From Chloroflexota bacterium (GTDB lineage: Bacteria; Chloroflexota; Dehalococcoidia; Lucifugimonadales; UBA3495), in assembly GCA_027623675.1 (NCBI GenBank), contig JAQBVF010000015.1:17606-81605 (forward strand): 64,000 nt of DNA, in the 5' to 3' direction. The notes under the pieces are model-generated. The model was not told the DNA's origin and made no database searches. It saw only the letters and a list, made by a program, of their open reading frames with translations. Shown here piece after piece: positions 48,780 to 57,253 of this stretch (the first letter of the stretch is position 1; each line of letters starts with the position of its first letter). A program made the position numbers and the translations under genes.

Positions 48780-49949
48780 TTAGGAAGCCGAACGGGACCG
48801 CGGCTCATCGACCAAGAAACAGGACGACGCCTTGAAAACGGCCCAAAGCCGCTGCCCTGTCTGGATGCCCATCTCCTCCAAGGAGGCCCCGGTTATGTGA
48901 CACCGGAGGTGCTGTCCGCAATCGAGTATCACGGAATACCCGGGGGGTCGGGGCTCGATGGAAACCACCGAACCCTCCAACCGGTTGCGGGCGGACGATC
49001 CCGATAACTCATCCCTTGCCAGAATGATGTCGGAGGCCCGGATGCCGACCGTCACCCGGTCCTGAACGCCCTTAGGCTCCGTTTCCCCGGTGATATGGGA
49101 ATCCAAGGGGACTTCCAGACGGATGCCCGGTCCGACGCAGGTCATGGTGCCGTCCCTAGGGTTCCTCTCTTGGATCGTCAGGTCAAAAAGATTCTCGACG
49201 CCCACCAGCCGGGCGATGCGCCCCTGGCCCGGCTGTCCCAAAACATCCAGCGGGTCTCCGGTGGACAGAATACGCCCTTCATCGATAACCTGCACCGAAT
49301 CGCCCAGGGCCAGCGCCTCTTCGCGGTCGTGGGTAACCAGCATCACGGGGACGGGAGACTGGACCAGCATGGCCCGGAGTTCCTCCCGCAGGGCGCGGCG
49401 CAGTTCCGAGTCCAAGGAAGCGAATGGTTCATCCAACAGCAACATAGCCGGTCTGGGCGCCAATGCCCTGGCCAGAGCGACCCGCTGCTGCTGCCCTCCG
49501 GAAATCTCCCACGGATAGCGGTCCTCCAGGCCGTCCAACCGGAACAGTTGGGACAGTTCCCGGACGCGGTCTCTGGCGGTTTCCGAGCCACGGTCCTGGA
49601 GGCCAAAGGCGATGTTGCCGCCCACTTTCAGATGGGGGAACAGGTGGTATTGCTGGGTCAGATAGCCAAGTCTGCGCTGGTGGGTCGGGACCCAGATACC
49701 GCCGGCGCTGTCGTAGACCACCCGGCCGCCGGCTTCGATGTGGCCCTCCAGCGGACGCAGCAGACCGGCGATGGTCCTGAGCGTCGACGATTTCCCCGCG
49801 CCGGATGGGCCGAACAACACCAACACCTGCCCCGGCTCCACATGCCATTCGGTGTTCAAGTCGAAGTTTCCCACCTGACAATGGGCCCAACCGCTGGCCG
49901 GTGATACACCTGTTTCGACTTCAGGGACTGTCATCAGCGGCCCTGCCAT
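48780..49949 (-). CDS. modC: Molybdate ABC transporter ATP-binding protein
   Basis: GPSGAGKS, ISGGQQQR, LLDEPF, C-terminal TOBE (SARNRL..AVFKAS). Confidence 0.88.
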   Translation of the reverse strand: MAGPLMTVPEVETGVSPASGWAHCQVGNFDLNTEWHVEPGQVLVLFGPSGAGKSSTLRTIAGLLRPLEGHIEAGGRVVYDSAGGIWVPTHQRRLGYLTQQYHLFPHLKVGGNIAFGLQDRGSETARDRVRELSQLFRLDGLEDRYPWEISGGQQQRVALARALAPRPAMLLLDEPFASLDSELRRALREELRAMLVQSPVPVMLVTHDREEALALGDSVQVIDEGRILSTGDPLDVLGQPGQGRIARLVGVENLFDLTIQERNPRDGTMTCVGPGIRLEVPLDSHITGETEPKGVQDRVTVGIRASDIILARDELSGSSARNRLEGSVVSIEPRPPGYSVILDCGQHLRCHITGASLEEMGIQTGQRLWAVFKASSCFLVDEPRSRSAS

Positions 49950-50740
49950 TTCCGCCGGGTGAGCAGGCCCAACGCGGCCAGCACCAAGATCGAGCCGGTG
50001 AGCAGCATCACCGAGAGGGCCAGGGCGTTGTCCAGGCTGGATTCCATGGCGGTCATTATCGCCAGGGGCATGGTCTGGGTCTCACCGGTCAGGTTTCCCG
50101 CGAACATCATGGTTGCCCCGAATTCGGACAACGCCCGCGCCCAAGCCAGTCCCAGGCCGGTGACCAAGGCTGGGCCGGCCAGAGGCAAAGTGATGCGGAA
50201 GAAAGTCCGCCAGGGCGAAACGCCCAGGGTGCGGGCCACATCTTCGTAGTCCTTGGGAATCGACTGGAATCCCAACTTGGCTGACCGGATGAAGAACGGC
50301 GACGCCACGAACACCTGGGCAAAGATCACGGCGGTGGTTGTGAACGGTATGGCGATCCCCAGGCCCTCCAGTCCCGGCCCGATGAGCCCATTCCTGCCGA
50401 AGGCCATCAACATGGCGACCCCGGCCACCACCGGCGGCAGGACCAAGGGCAGTTCGACCAGGTTGTCGACAACCCTGGTCCACGCGCTGCCGCTCCGTGC
50501 CAGCAGATACGCGAATGGCGTGCCCAGCAGCACGATCACCGCCATGCTGATGATGCTGGTGATCAGTGACAGGCGCAGCGCCGTCAGGGCCACGTCACCG
50601 GTTACGGCGCCAATAAAATCGGTCTGTTGGGCAGCCCGCACCAGCAGAGCGACCACCGGTAATCCGATGAACAACACATACAGCACGGCGCCGCCACTGC
50701 CCAAGACCCCGGCTGGGTAGGCCAACACACGGGCCGTCAC
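49934..50740 (-). CDS. modB: Molybdate ABC transporter permease
   Basis: LPLVLPPVVAG, ARALSEFGAT, TQTMPLAI. Confidence 0.9.
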   Translation of the reverse strand: MTARVLAYPAGVLGSGGAVLYVLFIGLPVVALLVRAAQQTDFIGAVTGDVALTALRLSLITSIISMAVIVLLGTPFAYLLARSGSAWTRVVDNLVELPLVLPPVVAGVAMLMAFGRNGLIGPGLEGLGIAIPFTTTAVIFAQVFVASPFFIRSAKLGFQSIPKDYEDVARTLGVSPWRTFFRITLPLAGPALVTGLGLAWARALSEFGATMMFAGNLTGETQTMPLAIMTAMESSLDNALALSVMLLTGSILVLAALGLLTRRKWQGR

Positions 50741-51573
50741 GGCGAACCGAAACCGTAGCCGCTCAGGGTCCGTTGGCCGGCTTCTGAGAGGACGAACGCG
50801 ATAAAATCCTGGGCTAATCCCGGCTCTGAGGCGTCTCGGAGCGCGGCGATGGGATAACGTGCGCTCACGTTGGCGCCGGGAGGTATATCGATAACCCGCA
50901 CATCACCCGTGGTCCGGGCCGCTGGGACATCGGTGCTGTAGACGATCCCCGCGTCGACTTCGCCTAAGGCGACCTTTTGGGCCACGATGCGCACGTTGGG
51001 TTCCTCCGAGACCACGTTGCTCAACACGCCGGCGTCAAAACCGTTCCCCAGTCCCAATGACGCGTCGTTTGCCAGGTTGCGCAACGCCTGCCGGGTATAG
51101 GACCCAACCGGCACGTTGCTCTGAGCCAGGGCGAGGGTTACGCCGGGTTTGGCCAGGTCCGGCAATCCTCTGACCGCGCCGCCGGGACTGGCTATCACTA
51201 CCAGACTGTTGGAAGCGAAATCTACCGCTGCCCCGGCGGTCAGTCCCAAGGCTGCCGCTTGGTCCATCTGTAACTGGTCGGCCGAGGCGAAAACGTCGGC
51301 CTTGGCGCCAAATTCAAGCTGGGACCGCAATCTCTGACTGCCTCCGAGATCCAACTGCACGGTGATTCCGGGGTTTTCGGCTTCGAATCCCGCGGCGATG
51401 TCGGTGAATGCCTCGGTGAGGGACGACGCCGCGAAAACCCTCAACTTGGCGCCGCCGTCCCCGCCACAGGCCGCGGCCAAGACCAGCAGCGCCGGCAGCC
51501 AGACCCACCGGAGCAGCGGGGTGAATGTATCTGCCAGCCGGTCCAGCGGGGTTGGGGTCGATCTAATTGGCAT
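50737..51573 (-). CDS. modA: Molybdate ABC transporter substrate-binding lipoprotein
   Basis: Lipobox LAAAC; FAASSL, ADVFASA, VPVGSY, DAGIVYSTD; ATG 51573 preferred. Confidence 0.92.
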   Translation of the reverse strand: MPIRSTPTPLDRLADTFTPLLRWVWLPALLVLAAACGGDGGAKLRVFAASSLTEAFTDIAAGFEAENPGITVQLDLGGSQRLRSQLEFGAKADVFASADQLQMDQAAALGLTAGAAVDFASNSLVVIASPGGAVRGLPDLAKPGVTLALAQSNVPVGSYTRQALRNLANDASLGLGNGFDAGVLSNVVSEEPNVRIVAQKVALGEVDAGIVYSTDVPAARTTGDVRVIDIPPGANVSARYPIAALRDASEPGLAQDFIAFVLSEAGQRTLSGYGFGSP

Positions 51574-51593
51574 ATTCTGAGTTCGGGTGATTG

Positions 51594-51633
51594 TAAAGTA
51601 AACTTGATAAGTTATCAAGGTTAATATACTTTA
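51594..51633. promoter_or_regulatory. Palindromic operator between modABC and its divergent regulator
   Basis: CTTGATAA-G-TTATCAAG (51603-51619) flanked by TAAAGTA/TACTTTA. Confidence 0.75.
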
Positions 51634-51638
51634 GATGC

Positions 51639-52793
51639 ATGCCTCGCATCCGAAACAAACTGCAGAACAACCTGAAACAGGTTCGCGCCAACGCCGGCCT
51701 AACCCAGGGAGAGTTGGCCGCTCGGGCTGGAATCAGCCGTCAGGCGTACTCGGCTCTGGAGTCGGGCAGCGCCAATCCATCCACCGAGGTTGCCCTCCGT
51801 TTGGGGCAGACCCTGGGAGTCCGGGTGGAATCGCTGTTCTTCCTTGGGGAACAACCCACTGAATCCGTTGAAGCCGAGCTGGCTGGGGGTGCGAAAGTCG
51901 CTTCCCAACGGAACGATGGAGGACGGCGGGCGCGGTTGTTCCGGGTGGGAACCCGGCTGCTGGCCCGGCCTTTATCCGGGCCAGGCAACTCCTGCCATAC
52001 CGTTGTTGGCGCGGAAGGGCTCATCGTCTCCGACTATGAACATGGCGATGGTGCGGGCAAAGTCATGGTGCAGCCCTTCGATCAAGAAGAGTTTGAATCG
52101 CCGGCCCTAGCCATGTTGGGCTGCGACCCGGCGGTGGGATTGCTGGAAGCCGGCCTGCGTTCCAAGGGGGTTCCGCTGGTGGCCGGGGAAGAGAGCAGCC
52201 GAGAGGCGCTGTTGGGTCTGGCCCGTGGCGAGGCCCATGTGGCCGGGTGTCATCTATTGGACGACGCCACCGGCACTTTCAACGATCTCTCAGTCCGGCA
52301 GCTTGTGCCCTTTCCGTGCACGCTGGTCACCTTCGCCTCCTGGGAGCAGGGTCTGATATTGGCCTACGGCAACCCGAAGCAGGTGCGGGGAGTCTTCGAT
52401 CTGGCCGATCCTGGCGTCCGGCTAGTCAACCGGCAGGCCGGCTCGGGAAGCCGTGCGCTGTTGGACCGGGCTTTGGCCAAGTCTGGCGTTCCCGTGGAAA
52501 AGATCGAAGGCTACGGACGGGAGGAATGGGGTCACCTCGCCGTCGCAGCGGCGGTGGCATCCGGCAGCGCGGACGTTGGAATCGGAGTGAAAGCCGCCGC
52601 TCTGGCCATGGGATTGGACTTTTTGCCGCTTGAGGAAGAACGTTACGACCTGGTCATTCCGGACCATTTTCTTGATGATGGGCCGGTCCAGGTGTTGTTG
52701 GACCTGCTCCGCCGAGCGCCCCTGCACCGGCGGGTGGAGAGCCTGGGGGGCTACGACGTCTCCAACATGGGCATTCCCGCCTCTACGGGTTGA
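51639..52793 (+). CDS. XRE-HTH + periplasmic-binding-protein-like (molybdate-sensing type) transcriptional regulator
   Basis: GLTQGELAARAGISRQ..NPS..ALRL HTH; AHVAGCHL, GNPK, NRQAGSGSR, ERYDLV, LGGYD. Confidence 0.88.
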   Translation: MPRIRNKLQNNLKQVRANAGLTQGELAARAGISRQAYSALESGSANPSTEVALRLGQTLGVRVESLFFLGEQPTESVEAELAGGAKVASQRNDGGRRARLFRVGTRLLARPLSGPGNSCHTVVGAEGLIVSDYEHGDGAGKVMVQPFDQEEFESPALAMLGCDPAVGLLEAGLRSKGVPLVAGEESSREALLGLARGEAHVAGCHLLDDATGTFNDLSVRQLVPFPCTLVTFASWEQGLILAYGNPKQVRGVFDLADPGVRLVNRQAGSGSRALLDRALAKSGVPVEKIEGYGREEWGHLAVAAAVASGSADVGIGVKAAALAMGLDFLPLEEERYDLVIPDHFLDDGPVQVLLDLLRRAPLHRRVESLGGYDVSNMGIPASTG

Positions 52794-52921
52794 TTCCCAT
52801 CGCCGCTTGACTGCGCCGTGCGCCTGAGTTGTAATGGGTCGGCTGGAAGCGCCACCACGATTCAGGGCGCCGCCCCGGCCAGCCGGCGGATGCGATTCCG
52901 ACCGCAGAATGGAGGTTAACT

Positions 52922-53266
52922 ATGGCAATGGTACGATGCGTCACCGAGATGGGAATGGGCGTGGACGTCCACGGGCTTGATTACACCAAAGCGGCCACCC
53001 GGGCCGTGTTCGATGCGATCCATCACAGCAGTCTGGGCTTTCAGCGGATGCTGGGCAAGACCGCCGACGATATGACGGTCACGGTCACCATCGGAGCGTC
53101 CAAGCCCGATCAGGTGGACACTGCGGCCGTGGCGGCCACACTGCCCCACGGGACCGCGACCTGCACAGCGGTGATGGGTGGGCTTGAGATTCCCAGCGCC
53201 GACGGCAATGACGGACTGCTCATCGCCAACGCAGTGATCATCGTTAGTTTCGACGACGGCAAATAG
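52922..53266 (+). CDS. Lin0512 family protein
   Basis: EMGMGVDVHG.DYTKAA.RAV.DAI.HSS, LPHG, GGL. Confidence 0.88.
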   Translation: MAMVRCVTEMGMGVDVHGLDYTKAATRAVFDAIHHSSLGFQRMLGKTADDMTVTVTIGASKPDQVDTAAVAATLPHGTATCTAVMGGLEIPSADGNDGLLIANAVIIVSFDDGK

Positions 53267-53312
53267 TCTTTTAGACTTTGCTGGCAGGCCGTGGCGGACA
53301 GGGGAGGAGAGC

Positions 53313-53663
53313 ATGCCATTCGTGTTGAAGGAAGACGCCTCGAGCGGCAATTCCGCGCCGGGCACCCAGGTGGATACCCTGGTGGGCAAGGAGAACGGCG
53401 GGAATAACCTGACGGTGGTTAGCGCCGGAATCGACCCCGGCGCGGGGCTGGCCCTCCACGTCCACCCCGGCTACGAAGAAGCAACGTTGGTGGTGGAAGG
53501 GCAGATCGAGGCGGTGTTGGACGACGAAACCCGCACCCTTATGCCGGGCGATTTGCTTCTGGCGCCGACAGGGGTCAAGCACACCATCACCAACCGATCG
53601 GACAAACCGGCCAGGGTACTCGCGATCTACCCAACGACGGCTCCCGAAAGAATCTTCGTCTAG
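53313..53663 (+). CDS. Cupin domain protein
   Basis: PGA..LHVHP..EE..VVEG, PGD..P.GVKH..N. Confidence 0.9.
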   Translation: MPFVLKEDASSGNSAPGTQVDTLVGKENGGNNLTVVSAGIDPGAGLALHVHPGYEEATLVVEGQIEAVLDDETRTLMPGDLLLAPTGVKHTITNRSDKPARVLAIYPTTAPERIFV

Positions 53664-53685
53664 CCGCTAGGGCTGGGGCTTTAAT

Positions 53686-53726
53686 AACGAAGAAGGCCCA
53701 GGTAAAATACCTGGGCCTTCTTCGTT
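53686..53726. terminator. Bidirectional terminator
   Basis: aacgaagaaggcccaggta-aaa-tacctgggccttcttcgtt perfect inverted repeat between convergent genes. Confidence 0.85.
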
Positions 53727-53743
53727 CGTTAAAAGCCGATCGC

Positions 53744-53944
53744 CTAGCCTCGGTTGGTCTTGGTGGACGCCAAGATGTTGGCCTTCATGTCTTTCGGGTC
53801 GACACCATGGACGCTTTCCATGTGATCATTCATGTCCTTCAGGACATCGTTATCCGACTCACCCTTGGCGACATACCGGCACCCTTTGCCGTTTTTGTCC
53901 AAGGCTAGGGACAGCAGGGCATTGCAACGTGCGAATCTCACCAT
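53744..53944 (-). CDS. Small metal-binding protein (DUF1059-like)
   Basis: C...GC.YVAKGES..VL....HM.SVHG; GAGGAG RBS. Confidence 0.75.
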   Translation of the reverse strand: MVRFARCNALLSLALDKNGKGCRYVAKGESDNDVLKDMNDHMESVHGVDPKDMKANILASTKTNRG

Positions 53945-54114
53945 GTCAATCTCCTCTTGTAGTTGGCCGGGCTAGACGGCGGCTCAGGGTCCGGCCTTAA
54001 CCTGGCGATTTTGCAGTGGAATCTTGCGGCAGTCTGAGTGCGCCACTTCACTGCGACGGCCATAGTTTACTCGACTGAGTCCAACTCGTCCACAGGTATT
54101 TTCATCAGGTTTTC

Positions 54115-54618
54115 TCAAGGTCGCGATTTTTCGCGTGCGAGCCGGGCAATCTCCCAAATCTTGGCGGTATTACCAGGCCCCGTTAGAGTCAGCCGGACCA
54201 ACGCACGCCCCTGGGTAAAAAACACAGTGGAGGCGTCTTCTCCATTTAACCGGTCCCCCAGGACGCCGGTGTTGTCCTCAAAGCCTTCCGCCGGGTTAGC
54301 CGTTACACCTTGGGAGATCTGGTCTTGTTTGATGCCTTTCAGAATCATCAGGGCCAGGTCTTCGCGCTGAAACAGCACCAAACTCTCAAGCAAGAGGAAG
54401 TCCGGTCCGGCCAATTCCACCTGGACCGCCGGTTCCGCCACCGCGGTCTCCCCGGCTTCCCGACTGACCACGGTGATCTCCTGACCTGGAAAGTCACCGG
54501 GAGCCAACAGCAGGTCCTCAGGTGGAGTCGGCCCGCTGGTGCACGCAGCCAGCACCACGGCGAAAACGGCCAGCGGCATTAACCCGAACCGTATCCTCAA
54601 CCGGAGCGGTGACCACAT
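54115..54618 (-). CDS. Hypothetical lipoprotein
   Basis: Lipobox VLAAC; directly follows hydantoinase B. Confidence 0.7.
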   Translation of the reverse strand: MWSPLRLRIRFGLMPLAVFAVVLAACTSGPTPPEDLLLAPGDFPGQEITVVSREAGETAVAEPAVQVELAGPDFLLLESLVLFQREDLALMILKGIKQDQISQGVTANPAEGFEDNTGVLGDRLNGEDASTVFFTQGRALVRLTLTGPGNTAKIWEIARLAREKSRP

Positions 54619-54623
54619 TGCCG

Positions 54624-56234
54624 CTAAGATGACGACTCCCCTTCCGGGGCGCCCCAGCCGCCGGCTCCGGGGGTGCGCATACTGATCACATCGCCGGCTT
54701 GGACGTCCACCAGCTCTTTGCCGGCCAGTTTGATCTCTTCGTAGCCGCCGCGCAGCAGCACATTCTCGCCGGTCGTCCCGTGGTGTCCGCCGTGGTATCC
54801 GGGCGGCGGCAACTTGCGGCGTTCCGACATCAGCGTGACCCTGGCCGGGGAAAGAAACTCCACCTCTCTGATAACACCATCGCCGCCTTTGAACTTGCCA
54901 TCACCGCCGGATCCGCGCCGGACCGCGTACCGCTTGAGCCGCAGGGGGAAGGCAAACTCCATGGCCTCAACCGGGGTGTTCATTGTGTTGGTCATATGGG
55001 TGTGGATCGCCGAGATGCCATCCTTGTCGGGACGCCCGCCCATGCCACCGGCGATGGTTTCGTAGTAGACGAACGGCTTGTCCCGCACCGGGTCGTGACC
55101 GCCGATGATCATGTTGTTCATGGTCCCCTGGCTGGCCGCCGGGATGACCTGGGGCAGGGCCTGGGCCAGCGCTCCGAAGAGGACATCGGTTATCCGCTGG
55201 GAAGTTTCGACGTTGCCCGCCGCTACGCCGTGCTGCGGCTCCGGGTTGACCAAGGAGCCCCTAGGAGCGATCAAGGTCAACGGGCGCAGGCAGCCTTGGT
55301 TGGCCGGCGCTTGCTCGTCGAGCAGGCATCGGATCACGTACAGGCAGGCCGAAGTGGTGACCGCCACCGGGGCGTTGATGCAGCCGGGCCGTTGGGGCGA
55401 CGTGCCGGTGAAGTCGATGGTCATGGCATCGCCGGAAACGGTGATGGCCACGGCGACGGGCACCAACTCCTGGGTCAGGCCGTCGTCATCCATGTAGTCG
55501 AGGACCTCGTAGCGGCCGTCGGGTATGTTGGTGATGGCCCTTCTGGTCACGCGTTCCGAGTAGTCGAGCAGCGCGTTCATGTGCTCCAGGGTGTCGGGGA
55601 TTCCGTAACGCTCGGTGATGCCCTGGAGCCGTTTCTCGCCCACCTTGATGGCGGCGGTTTGGGCCGCCAGGTCGCCCTTGCGCTCATCGGGCGTCCGCGA
55701 GTTCCGGCAGATGAGCTGGATGATCTCTTGGTTCATGCGGCCCCGGCGCGCCAGCTTGATGGGCGGGATGATCGTGCCTTCTTGGTAAAGCTCGGTGGAC
55801 AAGGGCAAAGAGCCGGGAGTCATGCCGCCAACGTCGGCATGGTGGCCCCTGTTGGCCACGAACCCGGCAAGTTCTTTGGTCTTCTTATCGCCCTTGACCC
55901 GCTCGGCATAGACCGGGGCGACCATGGTGATGTCGGGCAAGTGGGTGCCGCCCAGGTAGGGGTCGTTTAGAATCACGATATCCCCCTGGTTCAGCGCGCC
56001 GGGGAACACCAGTAGCGCGGCCTGGACCGACGCGGGCATGGCGCCCAGATGCACCGGCACGTGGGCTGCCTGGGCCACCATGTTCCCCTGGGGATCAAAC
56101 ACCGCACAGGAATAATCGCGCCGTTCCTTGATGTTGGGCGAGTAGGCCGTTCGTTGTAGGGCCACGCCCATCTCATCGGCCACCGACTCAAACATGTTCT
56201 TAAAAACTTCCAGGCTTATGGGGTCTACTGCCAT
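54624..56234 (-). CDS. Hydantoinase B / 5-oxoprolinase family protein
   Basis: SPNIKERRDYSC, PVHLG, NDPYLGGTHLPD, HHADVGG, NVETSQR, HTHMTNT; ATG 56234. Confidence 0.94.
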   Translation of the reverse strand: MAVDPISLEVFKNMFESVADEMGVALQRTAYSPNIKERRDYSCAVFDPQGNMVAQAAHVPVHLGAMPASVQAALLVFPGALNQGDIVILNDPYLGGTHLPDITMVAPVYAERVKGDKKTKELAGFVANRGHHADVGGMTPGSLPLSTELYQEGTIIPPIKLARRGRMNQEIIQLICRNSRTPDERKGDLAAQTAAIKVGEKRLQGITERYGIPDTLEHMNALLDYSERVTRRAITNIPDGRYEVLDYMDDDGLTQELVPVAVAITVSGDAMTIDFTGTSPQRPGCINAPVAVTTSACLYVIRCLLDEQAPANQGCLRPLTLIAPRGSLVNPEPQHGVAAGNVETSQRITDVLFGALAQALPQVIPAASQGTMNNMIIGGHDPVRDKPFVYYETIAGGMGGRPDKDGISAIHTHMTNTMNTPVEAMEFAFPLRLKRYAVRRGSGGDGKFKGGDGVIREVEFLSPARVTLMSERRKLPPPGYHGGHHGTTGENVLLRGGYEEIKLAGKELVDVQAGDVISMRTPGAGGWGAPEGESSS

Positions 56235-56292
56235 TCCATCCCTCTTGATATAGGCGCTTTGTATCAGGCCGTTCAGTGGACTTAGAATCAGT

Positions 56293-57117
56293 TTAGAAGA
56301 CCATGTCCGCCAGTATGTCGGCATGCGGACCTGAGCCGTTCGGCTGCTGCAGATAGAAATATTCGGTGGCTAGCCAGTTGTTCATGAAACCGGGCGTCAG
56401 CTGGCCGAATGGGCCTTTGGGGTTCAACTGGGTCTGGTGACACTGCAGCGACTCACGCTTCACGTCCACGAAGGCAGAAACGTCTTTGACAGTGGTGACG
56501 TAATCGTCGGGGGACCCGATTGAGTCCAAGGCCTCCGCCGCGAAGGGAGGGGTGATTCCGGCGTCGGTCATCTCCTGCCAGAGCTTCCGGAAGTTTTGCC
56601 TGGGAAAGCAAACGTAATACAGATGTGGCCGGTCGGGGCCCATGGCTTCGACCACCGCCGTGGTGCGGGCCGATACCGTAACGTGGTCAGGATGACCGTA
56701 GCCGCCGGTGGGGTCGTGGGTGAACACCAGGTCCGGGGACAATTCTTCAATCATGGCGGCGATCTGGCTTTCCACCGTGGCCGGGTCGGCTTGGCTTAGG
56801 CTGGAAGGGTTCTGGTTGTCGTCGGTGCCGGCCATCCCCGAGTCGCGGTAGCCGAGGAAGCGGACATCCGGGATGCCGGTTACCGCCATGGCGTTACGCA
56901 ACTCCTCTTGCCGCACCTGCCACAGGTTTTCCGGAGTGGCCAATGCCGGATCGCTGATCTCCCCCACGTCGCCGTTGGTGGCGCAAACCGTGGTGAGATT
57001 ATGACCCTGCCGGACCAGAGCAGCCAACGTGCCCCCCGACCCGAATGCCTCGTCGTCCGGGTGGGCGAAGATGCAGAATACTTTCAATTTTCCGTCTACG
57101 TCGGGCGCTTGGGTCAT
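56293..57117 (-). CDS. PIG-L/LmbE family deacetylase (MshB/Mca-like)
   Basis: AHPDDE, GYRDSGMAG, GGYGHPDH, HQTQ. Confidence 0.92.
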   Translation of the reverse strand: MTQAPDVDGKLKVFCIFAHPDDEAFGSGGTLAALVRQGHNLTTVCATNGDVGEISDPALATPENLWQVRQEELRNAMAVTGIPDVRFLGYRDSGMAGTDDNQNPSSLSQADPATVESQIAAMIEELSPDLVFTHDPTGGYGHPDHVTVSARTTAVVEAMGPDRPHLYYVCFPRQNFRKLWQEMTDAGITPPFAAEALDSIGSPDDYVTTVKDVSAFVDVKRESLQCHQTQLNPKGPFGQLTPGFMNNWLATEYFYLQQPNGSGPHADILADMVF

Positions 57118-57131
57118 GGCCGCACTTCCAT

Positions 57132-57183
57132 CTGTCTGTTGGGCTGTCTGTTAGGCTGTCTGTTGGGCTGTCTGTTGGGCTGT
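57132..57183. repeat. 12-bp tandem repeat (CTGTCTGTTGGG) x4 plus a partial copy
   Basis: Read directly; the second copy has one G>A change. Confidence 0.95.
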
Positions 57184-57253
57184 TGAGTTATTGCTGTTGG
57201 CTTATCGTATCGAATATCTATCAGGGGTTGCGGTGTCGCAGGCGAATCCTCGC

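Noticed and set aside
57132..57183. CRISPR array
   Set aside because: 12-bp head-to-tail repeats with no spacers and no cas genes.
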